The notes: a model not told the origin generated them from the letters alone. DNA of 64,000 bases from Octopus vulgaris (GCA_951406725.2 OX597818.1:10602001-10666000), one strand, 5' to 3'. Counted from the first letter of the stretch, positions 40,306-52,592 are shown. Translations and numbers: made by a program.

Positions 40306-41005
40306 ACGCGTGTGTGAACGTCTTGCCACCGTTTGATAACTAGTGTTGGTGTATTTACGTCCCAATAACTTAGCGGTTCGGCAAAACAACCGATAGAATA
40401 AGTACTAAGCTTTGATAAAATATAAGTAATGAGGGTCGGTTCGTTAGACTAAAACTTCGGTTAATGTTTATATCTTGACCCAGAAATGAAAATTTTTTTA
40501 AATACTGGAATGGGTGTAAAACAATGTGTAGGAAACGAATATGAAAAAAAAAAAATGCGCGCAAAGCAACGGGAGGGCAGGGAGAGGACTTCGGAAAATT
40601 CAAAAGATCCGAGTTTTGCCCTCATAACTTTTAGGAAAATGGGGTTTTTTCGGTGAAATTTTATAGAAATACCTTTCAAACGACATACATTACGATTATA
40701 AAGAAATTTGTGGGGAAAATCTTTTTCAATGGGGTGAGGAGAGACTTCGGAAAATTTTCCTAAAAGTTATGAGGGAAAAACTCTGATCTTGTGAATTTTC
40801 CAAAGTCCTCTCCCCGCCCTTCCGTTTCTTTGCACGCATTTTTTTTTATATTCATTTCCTATACATAGTTTTACACCCATTCTAGCATTTTTTTCATTTT
40901 TCATTTTCTGGTCAAGATGTAAACATTAACCAAAACTTCTTCAAAGCGATGTTCCAGCATGGCCACAGTTTAATGGCTGAAACAAGTAAAAGATAATAAT
41001 AAAAG
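40305..41005 (+). mobile_element. SINE family A 3' part, split by a MITE
   Basis: ..TCGTTAGACTAAAACTTC | MITE | TTCAAAGCGATGTTCCAGCATGGCCACAG..AACAAGTAAAAGA rejoins as a continuous family A tail. Confidence 0.75.
40459..40931. mobile_element. MITE with ~180-bp TIRs, GG termini and 8-bp TSD (Merlin- or Mutator-like)
   Basis: AAAACTTC at 40451-40458 and 40932-40939; GGTTAATGTTTATATCTTGACC ... GGTCAAGATGTAAACATTAACC. Confidence 0.88.
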
Positions 41006-41067
41006 ATCTGTGTATTTTCTACTTGCATTCATGAAGTTTTACCATTGCTTTGCTATCTGTTGTAAGG

Positions 41068-41218
41068 GCCTGGCTGTATGGTAAAAAGCTTGCTTCCCAA
41101 TTACATGACTCCGGGCTCAGTCCCACAGCGAGCACCTTGGGCAATTATTTTCTATGTAGCCTCGGGCTGACTAAAGCCTTGTGAGTGAATCTGGTAGACG
41201 GAAACGGAAAAAAGCCAG

Positions 41219-41278
<60 letters not shown>

Positions 41279-41405
41279 ACGTGTGTGCTTGTCCCCCCAC
41301 AAGCGCTTGACAACCGGTGTCGGTGTGTTTATGTCTCCGTAACTTAGCGGTTCGACAAAAGTTAAGAAAAAGTCTTGTGGTCGATTCACTCGAATAAAAA
41401 TTCAG
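41068..41405 (+). mobile_element. SINE family A, 3' end missing
   Basis: TGGCTGTATGGT..GGCTCAGTCCC..CCTTGGGCAA; (TG)n; ends where the family B dimer begins. Confidence 0.8.
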
Positions 41406-41411
41406 TAAGGC

Positions 41412-41780
41412 GATTTGGGGAGCGAGCCAGTCGATTAGATCGACCCCAGTACGCAACTGGTACTTAATTGATCGATTCCCAAAGGATGAAAGGCAAAGTC
41501 GACCTCGGCGGAATTTGAACTCAGAACGTAAAGACAGACGAAATACCTATTTCTTTACTACCCACAAGGGGCTACACACAGAGGGGACAAACAAAGAAAG
41601 ACAAACGGATTAAGTCGATTGTATCGATTCCAGTGCGTAACTGGTACTTATTTAATCGACCTCGAAAGGATGAAAAGCAAAGTCGACCTCGGCGGAATTT
41701 GAACTCAGAACGTAAAGACAGACGAAATACTGCTAAACATTTCACCCGGCGTGCTAACGTTTCTGCCAGCTAACCGCCTG
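41412..41780 (-). mobile_element. Dimeric family B SINE
   Basis: The block from CAACTGGTAC to GACAGACGAAATAC occurs twice (about 41447-41545 and 41631-41730), joined by a ~85-bp linker. Confidence 0.8.
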
Positions 41781-41964
41781 AATCAAATAAAAAATTAAAA
41801 GATTAATTTCTACTCCTTATGTTCTCGGTTTCAAATCACGCCGTCATCGATAATAATTTTCGTCCTTCTGGGTTATTAAAACAATTACCAGTGGACTGTA
41901 CCTTCTTCCTTCTACATGAATGCAATAATTACATCATTTTTCCTCGTTACTGCTTAGCCACAGG

Positions 41965-42118
41965 TCCAGGTCCCTCGCCAGACTTTAGTGCCCGAGGTTA
42001 CTTCAGAATATTCTGGGTGAGCACTAAATTGTAATAATACTAAAGTGGGGTAAATCTGAGGGTGCATCATAGTGAGGGGACAGTGATGCCCAGTGCTCCT
42101 GTTTAGCGACGGGCGTGG
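41965..42118 (+). mobile_element. Small non-autonomous DNA element
   Basis: Homologous to 42800-42980 and 6005-6180; ends GCGACGGGCGTG. Confidence 0.6.
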
Positions 42119-42193
42119 TGTGTGTCTATTTTAGGCGCCATGCGGATGCGTATATGTGTCTTAATTATGTCTGTGTGTGTCTTGATTTGTATA

Positions 42194-42363
42194 GGCGCAG
42201 GAGTGGCTGTGTGGTAAGTAGCTTGTTTACCAACCACATGGTTCCGGGTTCAGTCCCACTGCGTGGCACCTTGGGCAAGTGTCTTCTACTATAGCCTCGG
42301 GCCGACCAAAGCCTTGTGAGTGGATTTGGTAGACGGAAACTGAAAGAAACCCGTCGTATATGA

Positions 42364-42422
<59 letters not shown>

Positions 42423-42618
42423 TGTGTGTGTTTCTGTGTCTGTGTTTGTCCCCCTAGCATTGCTTGACAACCGATGCTGGTGTGTTTATGTCCCCGTTAC
42501 TTAGCGGTTCGGCAAAACAGACCGATAGAATAAGTACTGGGCTTACAAAAGAATAAGTCCCGGGGTCGATTTGCATGGCCGCAGTCAAATGACTGAAACA
42601 AGTAAAGAGTAAAGAGTA
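42194..42618 (+). mobile_element. SINE family A, best-preserved copy
   Basis: GGCGCAGGAGTGGCTGTGTGGT (A box), GGTTCAGTCCC (B box), CCTTGGGCAAGTGTC (CORE-like), internal (TA)n, (AAGAGT) tail; CpGs largely intact. Confidence 0.9.
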
Positions 42619-42706
42619 TGGTCGTATCCATATGAGAATAACATTGTTTAATGTATATATAAAATTAACCCAAGTGTCTAAATACCACTTTATAACTCTC
42701 TGTCTG

Positions 42707-42782
<76 letters not shown>

Positions 42783-42799
42783 CTCATGTATATATGTGT

Positions 42800-42980
42800 G
42801 TCAGCCCGTCACCAGACTTTGGTGCCTGGGAGTGTTTCACAATATTCTGAGTGGGCACTAATTTGTAATAATTCTAAAATGGAGTTTCTGAATAAGTGTA
42901 TCATTGTAAATCTGAGGGTGCACCATTGAGTAAGTGAAGGGACAGTGCCGTCCAGCACACCTCCTTAACGGCGGACATGC
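42800..42980 (+). mobile_element. Small non-autonomous DNA element
   Basis: CAGCCCGTCACCAGACTTTGGTGCC..AATATTCTGAGTGGGCAC..GGCGGACATG. Confidence 0.6.
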
Positions 42981-43096
42981 CCAGATCAGTCTTGATAAGG
43001 CAAATACTTAAGATAAAAAGCGTTTTACTCAAAATGACCCTGGGCCACATTATCCAACCACTGAGCTTTTGCTTTTAAGTAAACGATCACGTAGAG

Positions 43097-43390
43097 CAGG
43101 GTTTCTCAACCATTTTATGTCTCTGGACCCCTTTGATCACTATTTTATTTTGGTGGACCCCATAGCCATTCGATGTTCAGAAATTAATTTTATAGAATCT
43201 TCTTTCAAAATTCCTATTTTGTTTTTCACCCATTAACTTATGTAAGTTGAACTATGTAAAATATTAGAGAAAGAAACCAAACTGCTTTTTGCCATATATA
43301 CCACTACAAATTTTCTTTTCGGTGGGGGTGGCTTAAAATACTATTGTGGGTCCCCAAGAATCTTATATGGGCCCTGGTTGAGGATCACTG
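43097..43390. mobile_element. hAT-Charlie-type MITE with 8-bp TSD
   Basis: ACGTAGAG at 43089-43096 and 43391-43398; TIRs CAGGGTTTCTCAACC / GGTTGAGGATCACTG. Confidence 0.88.
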
Positions 43391-44589
43391 ACGTAGAGGT
43401 TTCTCTCATTTTACTCGACCCTTTCTACTTAATATCTATAATATTCTGTTGTGTCTTTCACATTTGAACAGTATTTTTTTCAGTAATGTTTTCCTTTGTT
43501 ATTTTTATATTTCTTTTTCGTTCAGTTTTGTTTTTGCTGCTTTGATCTTTTTTTATTTATTTAATTTTTTTTGGAAGTTCATTCAACCTATCTCACGCAT
43601 GGCAACGCATCAACAGTTTTACTGATGGTAAACTCTGTTACACCATATCCCAGAAGTTTCAGTTGCCCGCCCCAACACCTCACCCCAACCGAAGAGAAAA
43701 TAAAGAGTTTGTTGATTAGGAACTGACAGCTAAATTTCGCATGATAAATGTATTGCTTCTAAACTATCATCATCATCATCATTACTACGGTTACTATTAC
43801 TATTACTATTATTATTACTATTATTATTATTATTATTATTTGTTTTGAACGTCACGTTTCACAGAGCTCCGCGTACAAGATATTTTCTTCCCGGATTACC
43901 AGATGAAAAATCAGTTGTGTCTTTTTTTTTTTTTTGTTCCCCCTCCAGTTTTACTGACAGGAGGTTTTCAGATCATTTAAGGGTCTACCCCCATTGCCTA
44001 GGTTAGAATAAAGATTTGTCTTTAGACATTTTAAACTGAAAGCTATTTTTGACAAATAGTCAGCCATTTGCAATATTTTACATGCATGACAAGAAAACAA
44101 CTTCAGAAGTAACAGGAAGAAGCGATATCCACAATAACTGTAGCAGTGCCCTCGACAAACATACCTCAGAATTATTTCCAAACGAAAGAACATAATTAAA
44201 AAACAAAAAGTACACAAAGAATGAGAATTCAAACATACAGAAGGGTTTCACGCTTAAACACACTTGTACAATGGAAGAAGACAAAGACAAAAAAGAAAAG
44301 GAAAAATAGTATTGGCATCGTTAATCCGAATTGGAAAAACAATATGGATAACAACGAACGACAACAACATCACCACCACAATAACAACATTCCATATTTC
44401 GCAAACTGTGAGTTAAAAAGAGCGACTGGGCTTCAGCCAACTCAATGAAAAGGAAAAAGTGAAGTTGTGGTATGTTATGAAAGACATTGTCTTCTCGATC
44501 GGTGGATTTTACCAAGGAATGAACTATTAAAAAAAGTGACACACCACTGAATTTTTACCTCCAAAATATTTTTTACATAAAACGTAGAG

Positions 44590-44760
44590 AGTGCAGGCGT
44601 GGCTGTGTAATAAGAAGCTTGCTTCCCAGTCACGTAGTTCTGGGTTCAGTCCCACAGCATGGCAACTTGAGCAAGTGTCTTCTACTGTAGTCTCTGGCTG
44701 ACCTAAGCCTTCTAAATGGATTTGTTGATAGATACTGAAAAAAACCCGTCGTTTATGCGT
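44590..44760 (+). mobile_element. SINE family A, 5' part
   Basis: GCAGGCGTGGCTGTG..GGTTCAGTCCC..GAGCAAGTGTCTTC. Confidence 0.7.
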
Positions 44761-44780
44761 GTATGTGTGTGTGAGAGAGA

Positions 44781-45089
44781 GATTTACCTGTGGGGTTACA
44801 CAAAAGAGAGGGTGTACAAGACAAGACCTCGCACACTGGAGGACTTGGAGACAGATTCAGGAGGTTCTCAATGATATCCCAAACGACGTTCTTCAGAAGG
44901 CTGTTCATTCCATCCCTGGCCGTTTGAGGAAACTGGATGACGCCACTGGTGCTTACGTTGAAATATGAAGATTTACTTTCATTTTACCCATGTAATAAAG
45001 AACGTGTATCGTTTGTTTCAGCAAATTTGTGAACGGAAAATGGATTTTATTACCAATTTTTAATGCCTACTTACTTTTCACCCACCCTG
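44781..45089 (+). mobile_element. Tc1/mariner 3' fragment (transposase C-terminus plus right TIR)
   Basis: YLWGYTKERVYKTRPRTLEDL (frameshift) IQEVLNDIPNDVLQKAVHSIPGRLRKLDDATGAYVEI*, then a ..CACCCTG|TA terminus. Confidence 0.8.
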
Positions 45090-45884
45090 TATGTATATGT
45101 GTCTGTGTGTGTGTGTGTAAATACTATGGCTGTTGTGATTGCTGTTTGCAGGACCCTGCCGGTTGCAACTCTGGACATAGCCAACGTAGAATTATCGTCA
45201 ATACGAAAATCCAGAGGTTTCCTTCTCCAGCTTGGGACCGATTCGGGATGGTCACTGGAGAAAAGTGGAAAGATGTTTAAAATAGAAAGCCCTTCAACTG
45301 CCCTTTTCCGTCACACGTGTAGCAGTTGAACCTTCTTTCCTGCATCATGAATCTGAGCTTACCTACCGACCTCCCTATTTCCGCAATGGAGCACATTTAC
45401 AGGTAACCTTGTGATGTTCGAGAGACATTAAGACCAGGTTGTCCTTACAGATTCCACTCAACAAAGCTGGAAGTCCTTTACAAGAGGAACCCACTTCCAA
45501 CGAGCAGCTGGATTTCATAGTTGTTTGAATCAATATTTGAAACCTAACAGAAAAGCTGAATAAGTTGGGGTAGTGAAACCGAAGGAAGACGGTGATTTAT
45601 TGAACTGTTATTTATTGCATGTCAAATATTTACAAAAGTGAGGAAGAGTGATCCACCTCTAAAGCCCAGGTTTTGTTGTCCGCCTCACCGGAAGTGCCTT
45701 TTTTTTCTGCCAACTGGTTCAATGACTAGTCTGCTGTAAAAATCCTCGTCCACACTTCGTCTTTTACGAGCTCAAGGGCAATGCCCTACAGGATTATTGT
45801 ACTTACTGTGGAGGAAATTGAGCAAGATTATATGAGAATGTGACGCATTTTGAATTGTATATAAGGGCACTTAAGGTCATCCGG

Positions 45885-46235
45885 ACGTTCTGAGATCAAA
45901 TTCTATCGAGGTCCACTTTGCTTTTCATCCTTTCGGGGTCGATAAAATAAATACCAGTTGAGCACTGAGATCGATGCAGTCGACTAAATCCCTCGTCATG
46001 AAATTGCTGGCTTTGTGCCAAAACTCGAAACAGTTATTATTTAAAAGAGCGGCGAGCTGGCAGATTCGTTAGCACGCCGGGCATAATGTTTAGCGGCATT
46101 TCGTACGTCTTTACGTTCTGAGTTCAAATTCAGCCGAGGTCGACTTTGCTTTTCATCCCTTCGAAGTCGATGAAATAAGTACCAGTTACGCACAGTTACT
46201 CAAGTTTCGAGTCTTTGCTTCAAGTAGAAAGGATT
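45885..46235 (+). mobile_element. Two tandem family B SINE copies
   Basis: Both contain TTTCATCC(T/C)TTCG..GTCGAT.AAATAA.TACCAGTT; the second has a complete GGCGAGCTGGCAG head. Confidence 0.8.
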
Positions 46236-47464
46236 GTTATTATCATAGTGCGGGGCGAGGATATCAAGATTGATAAATTGTCGGAATTAATATCTTTTGG
46301 TATATACTTACGTTTCTTCATATGTATGTGCTCAGATCCGCGCTAGAGAGGACTTTATCATTTATCCTTCAGGATTGGATAAAACTAATATCAGTAATAT
46401 ACGGCAATCGCTTAAATCTCTCCACTTCTGCCAAATTGGAATTCATGATAATTTTCAAACGACCCAGTTCATCTAGCTATAAAGGAATACCAGACAGTGT
46501 GAACAACTCGCCGCTGTAAGCAGCAGCAGCACTGTAAAATCGATGAGTGCTTCATAAGCTTCCAGTGCTGGGTTCAACTCTTCCTGCGACGAACCAAAGA
46601 GGAAGCCTCTACGTGGATGCTGACCTCCTAGAAACAATAGCAAATTCTCTGATCACACCTCACCGTCTTAACAAAAAAAGCATACATTGTATAATTTAGT
46701 CCCTGATATAAAGATGGGAGGATCATATATTGTCGGTTGAGCCAGATTTTGGAGTTGTTGGTGCGACAGCTGAGTGTCTTGGAGGAGATCACTGCCAATT
46801 ATATAGCTTTGTAACCGCTGTGTGTCGATGAATGGTAGTTGGGTCTGAAGATGGACTTATTTATTCATTAACTCTTTCTCGGTAAGTCGAAATAATCAAC
46901 ACGATCGGCAGATAACAACGGACTAATGACAGAAAAAGGCTAATGAAACGAGAGCATAAACAAAAAAAAATTATTTTCTTTCACTCACACGCACAATAAA
47001 AGGAATTAAATCTTACTAGAAAGCTTTGAGCTCAGAACAAAACACAAATCAATTCCACTTTTAAATCAGTAACGTTTATCAAGGGAAATAATACACATCC
47101 CATCTGTTTAACACTTCACAAGAAAGAAAGAAAATATCTGGAGTTATCGCAGTTAATAAAAGGATTTTTATATTTTTTGAAGAAACCTACATTTACTGCT
47201 TTCTTGCTAAATTCAGTGTTATTTGGTATCTCAAAGGTTTCAAGTCACTACATTTTCCCTGAGAGAGCGCGAGGAAAGTATATGGCTCGGAAAGTAATTA
47301 CTTTCTAATAAGCTGGTAATTAATTCATAGTGGAATGGTATAATTAATTTGAGGCAGATAGAAAAATAATTTGTGGTGGATAAGTAATTAATTTGATATA
47401 AATTTGTTATTAATTTCTAATAAATAGGCAATCGGTTTTCAACTTAAAACAAAAAGCAACAGAC

Positions 47465-47630
<166 letters not shown>

Positions 47631-47945
47631 TATTTACTGTCAATACTTAATGTCTTAAGCTTTTCCCTGAAAAAAATTCTCTCATAACGTTCAATGTTTA
47701 AAGACGAGATGAAAATAGCAATTAAGTAGGCCTTTTAATAAAGATTAGAGATTTAAATTCTCTCCAAAATTTTAGAGGAGAATTATTACGTAAGATTAAT
47801 CTCCTGAGTAAAAAAATATTGACATAAATATGTTTCGTAAACTATAAAACACTAAAAAGGCGGGGATGGTGGAATTTTACAGAAACATGTAAATAGTGAA
47901 AAATAAAAGGTACAAACATTACTGAAATTAGAGGGAAAACAGAAG

Positions 47946-47979
<34 letters not shown>

Positions 47980-48719
47980 TTAAATCAAGCAAATATATTG
48001 AAAACTGCGATGATTTTGAAAGTGTAAAAATTGTCACGATTAAAAATCGATATATATATGTACTTATGTATACATATATATAGATATATATATATGCATT
48101 TGTTCACTTATATATGTATATATACAATTTATATATACGTTTATATATATATATATACTATTAAATAATTAATTGAGATAAGATGTTAAAGCTTATAAAT
48201 GCATTGATTTATATAGTTTATAGCTTCTATCACTAATGGAGTGAGTGAGGAAAGAAGATGGGGAAAGCGTATGGATGAGAGAGAACGAAAGGGTGAGTGA
48301 GTAAGGACAGAAAGATAATTTTTATAAATTGCAACGTAGCGAGCTCTCGGTTATTTCAGTTCTGGTGTCAGAAAGTTCAAATTGGTAAGCGATCGAGTGT
48401 TACTCTATTTAGTCGGTGGATCCGCTAGAAATAGTAGCCAGTTGCCTTCGGATCGCATGCTATCTCCTCTAAAAAAAATGGAAAATTGTAATGCTGAGAT
48501 AAACTATACTCAATCGAGACGACCTGGGGATAAACAAAGCATTAGTTGGAGCGTGTTGTTTACTTCCTTATTTAATAGACTTATGATCAAAATCTATGTC
48601 AACCATGGTCATTCCATTGTTTCTCTGACACGCTGTATCTTAGATCGCATTTATTCAAAATGTCCTTTCTTTTTTAAGGCGCTACATTGATCTGGGAGAG
48701 AGAGATTTGGCTTCCATTT

Positions 48720-48780
48720 GGAAGCGCCTACTGTTTCAATAACCGCCATTTTTGTTATAGGTGAAAGTTCTAAAAAATGA
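48720..48780. promoter_or_regulatory. Candidate promoter with a YY1-type motif
   Basis: CCGCCATTTT at 48743-48752 in non-repetitive sequence just upstream of the CpG-decay transition; circumstantial only. Confidence 0.3.
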
Positions 48781-49859
48781 AAAATATAGTTCCCGTTTTT
48801 TTTTTTATTTCTGTCCTTTTTGTCTTCCTCTTTTCTTTCATATCTCTCCTTTTTTTCCTGTATTTTCTGGTGGGGGTTTAAGGCCTGCTTTTATCATCAG
48901 ATAAAACATGTAACGGGAGCGTACTCCCATACCACCCATCCATCACCAGTCTCTCTCATGACGCAGTGAAGTGGGATGAGAATGCAGGTAAAGGTGATCC
49001 TTACTTATGTCTGGAAGATTAGGGTTCACAGAAAGAACCAACATTTACCGTTTCGCATATGATAGTGGTGGGAGAGGGAGGCTTTGTGACTCTACCCTTC
49101 CATGAAAAACGAAATTGCTTTCATCCGCCTGGATGAGTTACTTTTGCCCTTTATCTCTCCAGTTGTGATAACATTCAATTAATCATAACGATTCGATTTA
49201 ATTATTTATAAACAGTGAATTAATTAATAACATTCCATTAATTATCAACAGTATGGTTGAGAGAAAATACCCCAGGGGAGTGTTCTGTATACTAAATGAT
49301 AGTGTAATATAGAGAGTTGAAAACTTTCGATTAACTGAGATTATCCATGCTATTAGTATAGTATCCCCCGAGGGTATTTAAAATCTGAAAACAGCAAGCC
49401 AGGGAGTTAACTCTAGTGGACTCTGTCAACTGAATTTTCTGTTTTTTAACTACATATGATGCAACTGGGAATGAATGGATCTTGTCTTTAGAATCAGACA
49501 GTAAAAGTAACAAACATATCTATGTGGTCTGTTAGGGTTAGTTCTCAATAAAGCATACACCGCTCGGTTGGGCAGACATAGAAGTCATCAATATATTAAT
49601 TATATGTCGATGTCATTAAGGTCAACTTTGCCCTTCATCCTTTCGGGGTCAACAAAATAAGTATCAGTTGAGCGTTGGAGTCGATGTAATTGTCTAACAC
49701 CCACCCTAAAATTGCTGGCCTCGTGCCAAGATCTGAAACCAATATATTAATCATGTCTTACTTATAAAAGGAAACAAAAAGCAAAGAGCAATATGTTAGG
49801 GCGCCTCTTTTTTTGGTTCGTTTTATTTTGTTATTTTTTCTGAAGACAGGTAAAACTAT

Positions 49860-50246
49860 CTCTTTTACTCTTGTACATGTTTCAGTCATTTGACTGCGGC
49901 CATGCTGGAGTCCCGCCTTCAGTCGAGCAAATTGACCCCAGGACTTATTCTTTGTAAGCCAAGTACTTATTCTATCAGTCTCTTTTGCCAAACCGCTAAG
50001 TTACGGGGACGCAAACACACCAGCATCGGTTGTCAAACGATGTTGTGGGGACAAACACAGACACACATACATATATATATACATATATACGACGGGCATC
50101 TTTCGCTTTCTGTCTACTAAATCCACTCACAAGGCTTTGGTCGGCTCGAGGCTATAGTAGAAGACACTTGCCCAAGGTGAAACGCAGTGGGAATGAACCC
50201 AGAACCATGTGGTAGGTAAGCAAACTACTTACCACACAGCCACTCA
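49860..50246 (-). mobile_element. SINE family A, full length
   Basis: Collinear with 158-556; intermediate CpG decay. Confidence 0.88.
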
Positions 50247-50999
50247 CCCTTTTGAAGAAATTTTTAAATGGGTGGTTGAATGAAAGACACACACTGGGTA
50301 GTGTAGTCCTATGAAGTGTATGTTTTAAGCAAGACGAGATGATTACAGCAAGAATGCGTTTAACAATAGATATAGATCTGTTCAGTCGTGACTGAGGTTA
50401 AACAACAGCAACAACAAAACTGAAGACAGTGTTGCAGGTGATCTCAGCCAGCAAGAAATAGCAGTCAAATCTCTACAAAATCACAACCAGTTCAACCACA
50501 AAACTGGGCGTATTGGAAATATACAGTTTAACAAAGAGACAGAATGGTCATTGTTGGAACACCTTTGATCTAAGTCTGCACAATCCTTATTGTAACAACA
50601 GCAGTTGCAATAACCAGTTTTCTTCAAAATTTACAAAATTTGGTCATTTTCTGAGTGTCTTCTTTTTTTTAATCTCATTGCTTTTGAAGCTTTCCTGAAT
50701 AAAAGCTAAATAATTAAGGATGTGCGGAGAGATAGAGAGTAACTGCAACTGTTAGATATACGAGAAGAATAGCTGACAGGTTTTACAAGAGTAGGATGTG
50801 TGTACGTGGTTGATGGTAGAGAGATAAGTCAGGGATGATTATACAAAAAGTAAAGATGTCAGATGTAAGCTATTTTAAAACAGCTGCAGAAAGTCATATT
50901 GTAGTCTCCCTCTCTCTCTCTCCTTCCATATAATTATCGTATGTTCTCTCACCTCTTTTCGTGGCAGTAAAAAGATGAGGGATACATAATCTCTTTGGC

Positions 51000-51900
51000 T
51001 AGGATGCTGGTCTTTCATAGTTGGGAGTAATTTTAGGTCTTTATATCATGGATTCAGCTTTAAAAATATACAGACCTTATAGATAGACTAGGATCTAGAT
51101 TATGCAATTAACCTGTATTTTCAGGTATTTTAAGTTGAGAACCACTACTCTAGACTTTTGTTTGCTCCTGCTTGTTGGGTGGCTCTCTACTACCCACTTC
51201 AATCAGATGCCCTACCTTTCCCTATAACTGTGAGCAGTAATTCTGTATCTTCACAGATCTAAGAGGTTCACTTCTTAGATGGTCTACCCTGAGATGTTGG
51301 GGTTGGGAAATCTTGGCGGGACGCCAATGTAGCATAGTTTTAAAGCAATCTTCTTATATGGCTGAACAATTTCATACACATGCACGTGTGTGTGTGTGTG
51401 TGTGCATGCATGCTTGTGTGTGCATGTATATAAGTAAAGTTTTATAAGTTGAAATAAAAATATGAGCAGCAAAAGGATTTTTAGCAAGCTGTATGTTTTT
51501 GGGGAGTAAGTACATAGTGTGGGCCTTAAAATTTACTGCAGACATCTTCAAGTGAGAGGGATAATTATGGAAGTTAGGTACCTGTACCTGTGTGCAGGTG
51601 AAATTTAGTTAAGGAAGTTCCAAGTGCCAATGGCAAATGTAACATCTATAATAAAAATTAAATAAAACTTAGGAGTAAGTGGTTAGTAGTGATAATAAAG
51701 TGTTGTTGAATGCACAGTTGGTCTGTGAGAAAGACAGTAAATATAAATAAACAACTGGACTTGCATTTCTATTTTGTCTGGATTTAAAGGAGTTTAAACA
51801 TGTTGCCTTTTCTCGTATCTGGTTGAAAGCACAACTCCAGAAGCCTCAAATGTAAAATTAATTTCAGCAGACACATATTGAAACTATACAGGCCTTTATT
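51000..51900 (-). mobile_element. Possible highly decayed Penelope-like RT remnant
   Basis: Minus strand near 51545-51650 gives fragments resembling the D.F..W and KP.H..YL.F...P thumb motifs; weak and frameshifted. Confidence 0.25.
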
Positions 51901-52039
51901 GCTATTGTTGTTTATGATAGTGATGATGATTGTTGTTGCTGTTGTAGTTGAGGTGTTAGCAATGGCAACAAAGTGGTATAAAACAATTTAGAATCTGTTT
52001 TTCACGTCTAGCATGAGTTCTGCTCCATTAGTAAATTTT

Positions 52040-52240
52040 GATACTCAACTTAATTTTTATGTCATCTTGTCTGTGAGGCCTGATATCAAACTGAGATCTG
52101 ACCTACCCAATTTATCTTGTGTTTTCCTCTTTCAACCTCTTTCCATTCCTGGGATCTCTTCCACTGACAGCATACTCTACATGTTGAACTCCACAACTAG
52201 TACTGTTGTCTTTCCTGCATACACCAAAGATTATGCATTT
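52040..52240 (-). mobile_element. Decayed RTE LINE C-terminal remnant
   Basis: Minus strand ..RKTQDKLGRSDLSL..GLTDKMT resembles the RTE GRPRKTW..VV..DL..GLT..MT pattern. Confidence 0.4.
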
Positions 52241-52379
52241 GTGTTGAAGCATTTATCAAACACTTTGATAACTAACTTGATGTGAAACTAAGCCTTTAGG
52301 TCATTCATGTCAAAATTTCAGCTAACAAAAAGATCATATAGACTCTGCTTTATGTATTGAGCTCTGATTCTTTCAATTC

Positions 52380-52592
52380 TTTTCTACTCTAGGCACAAGG
52401 CCCGACATTTTGGGGGAGGCGGGGCCAGTTGATTAGATTGACCTCAGTACACAACTAGTACATAATCTATTGACCCTGAAAGGATGAAAGGCAAAGTCAA
52501 CCGTGGCGGAATTTGAACTCAGAGTGTAAAGACACGAAATACTGCTAAGCATTTTGCCTGGCATGCTTAGATTTCTGCCAGCTCGCTACCTT
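52380..52592 (-). mobile_element. SINE family B, full length, CpG-decayed
   Basis: TCTACTCTAGGCACAAGGCC..GAAAGGATGAAAGGCAAAGTC..CTGCCAGCTCGC; TCTTTCAATT-containing direct repeat on both flanks. Confidence 0.85.

Noticed and set aside
42194-42268. tRNA genes at SINE heads (also 14881-14955, 54135-54200, 57857-57930)
   Set aside because: A and B boxes are present, but I could not fold a full cloverleaf and they continue into SINE bodies.
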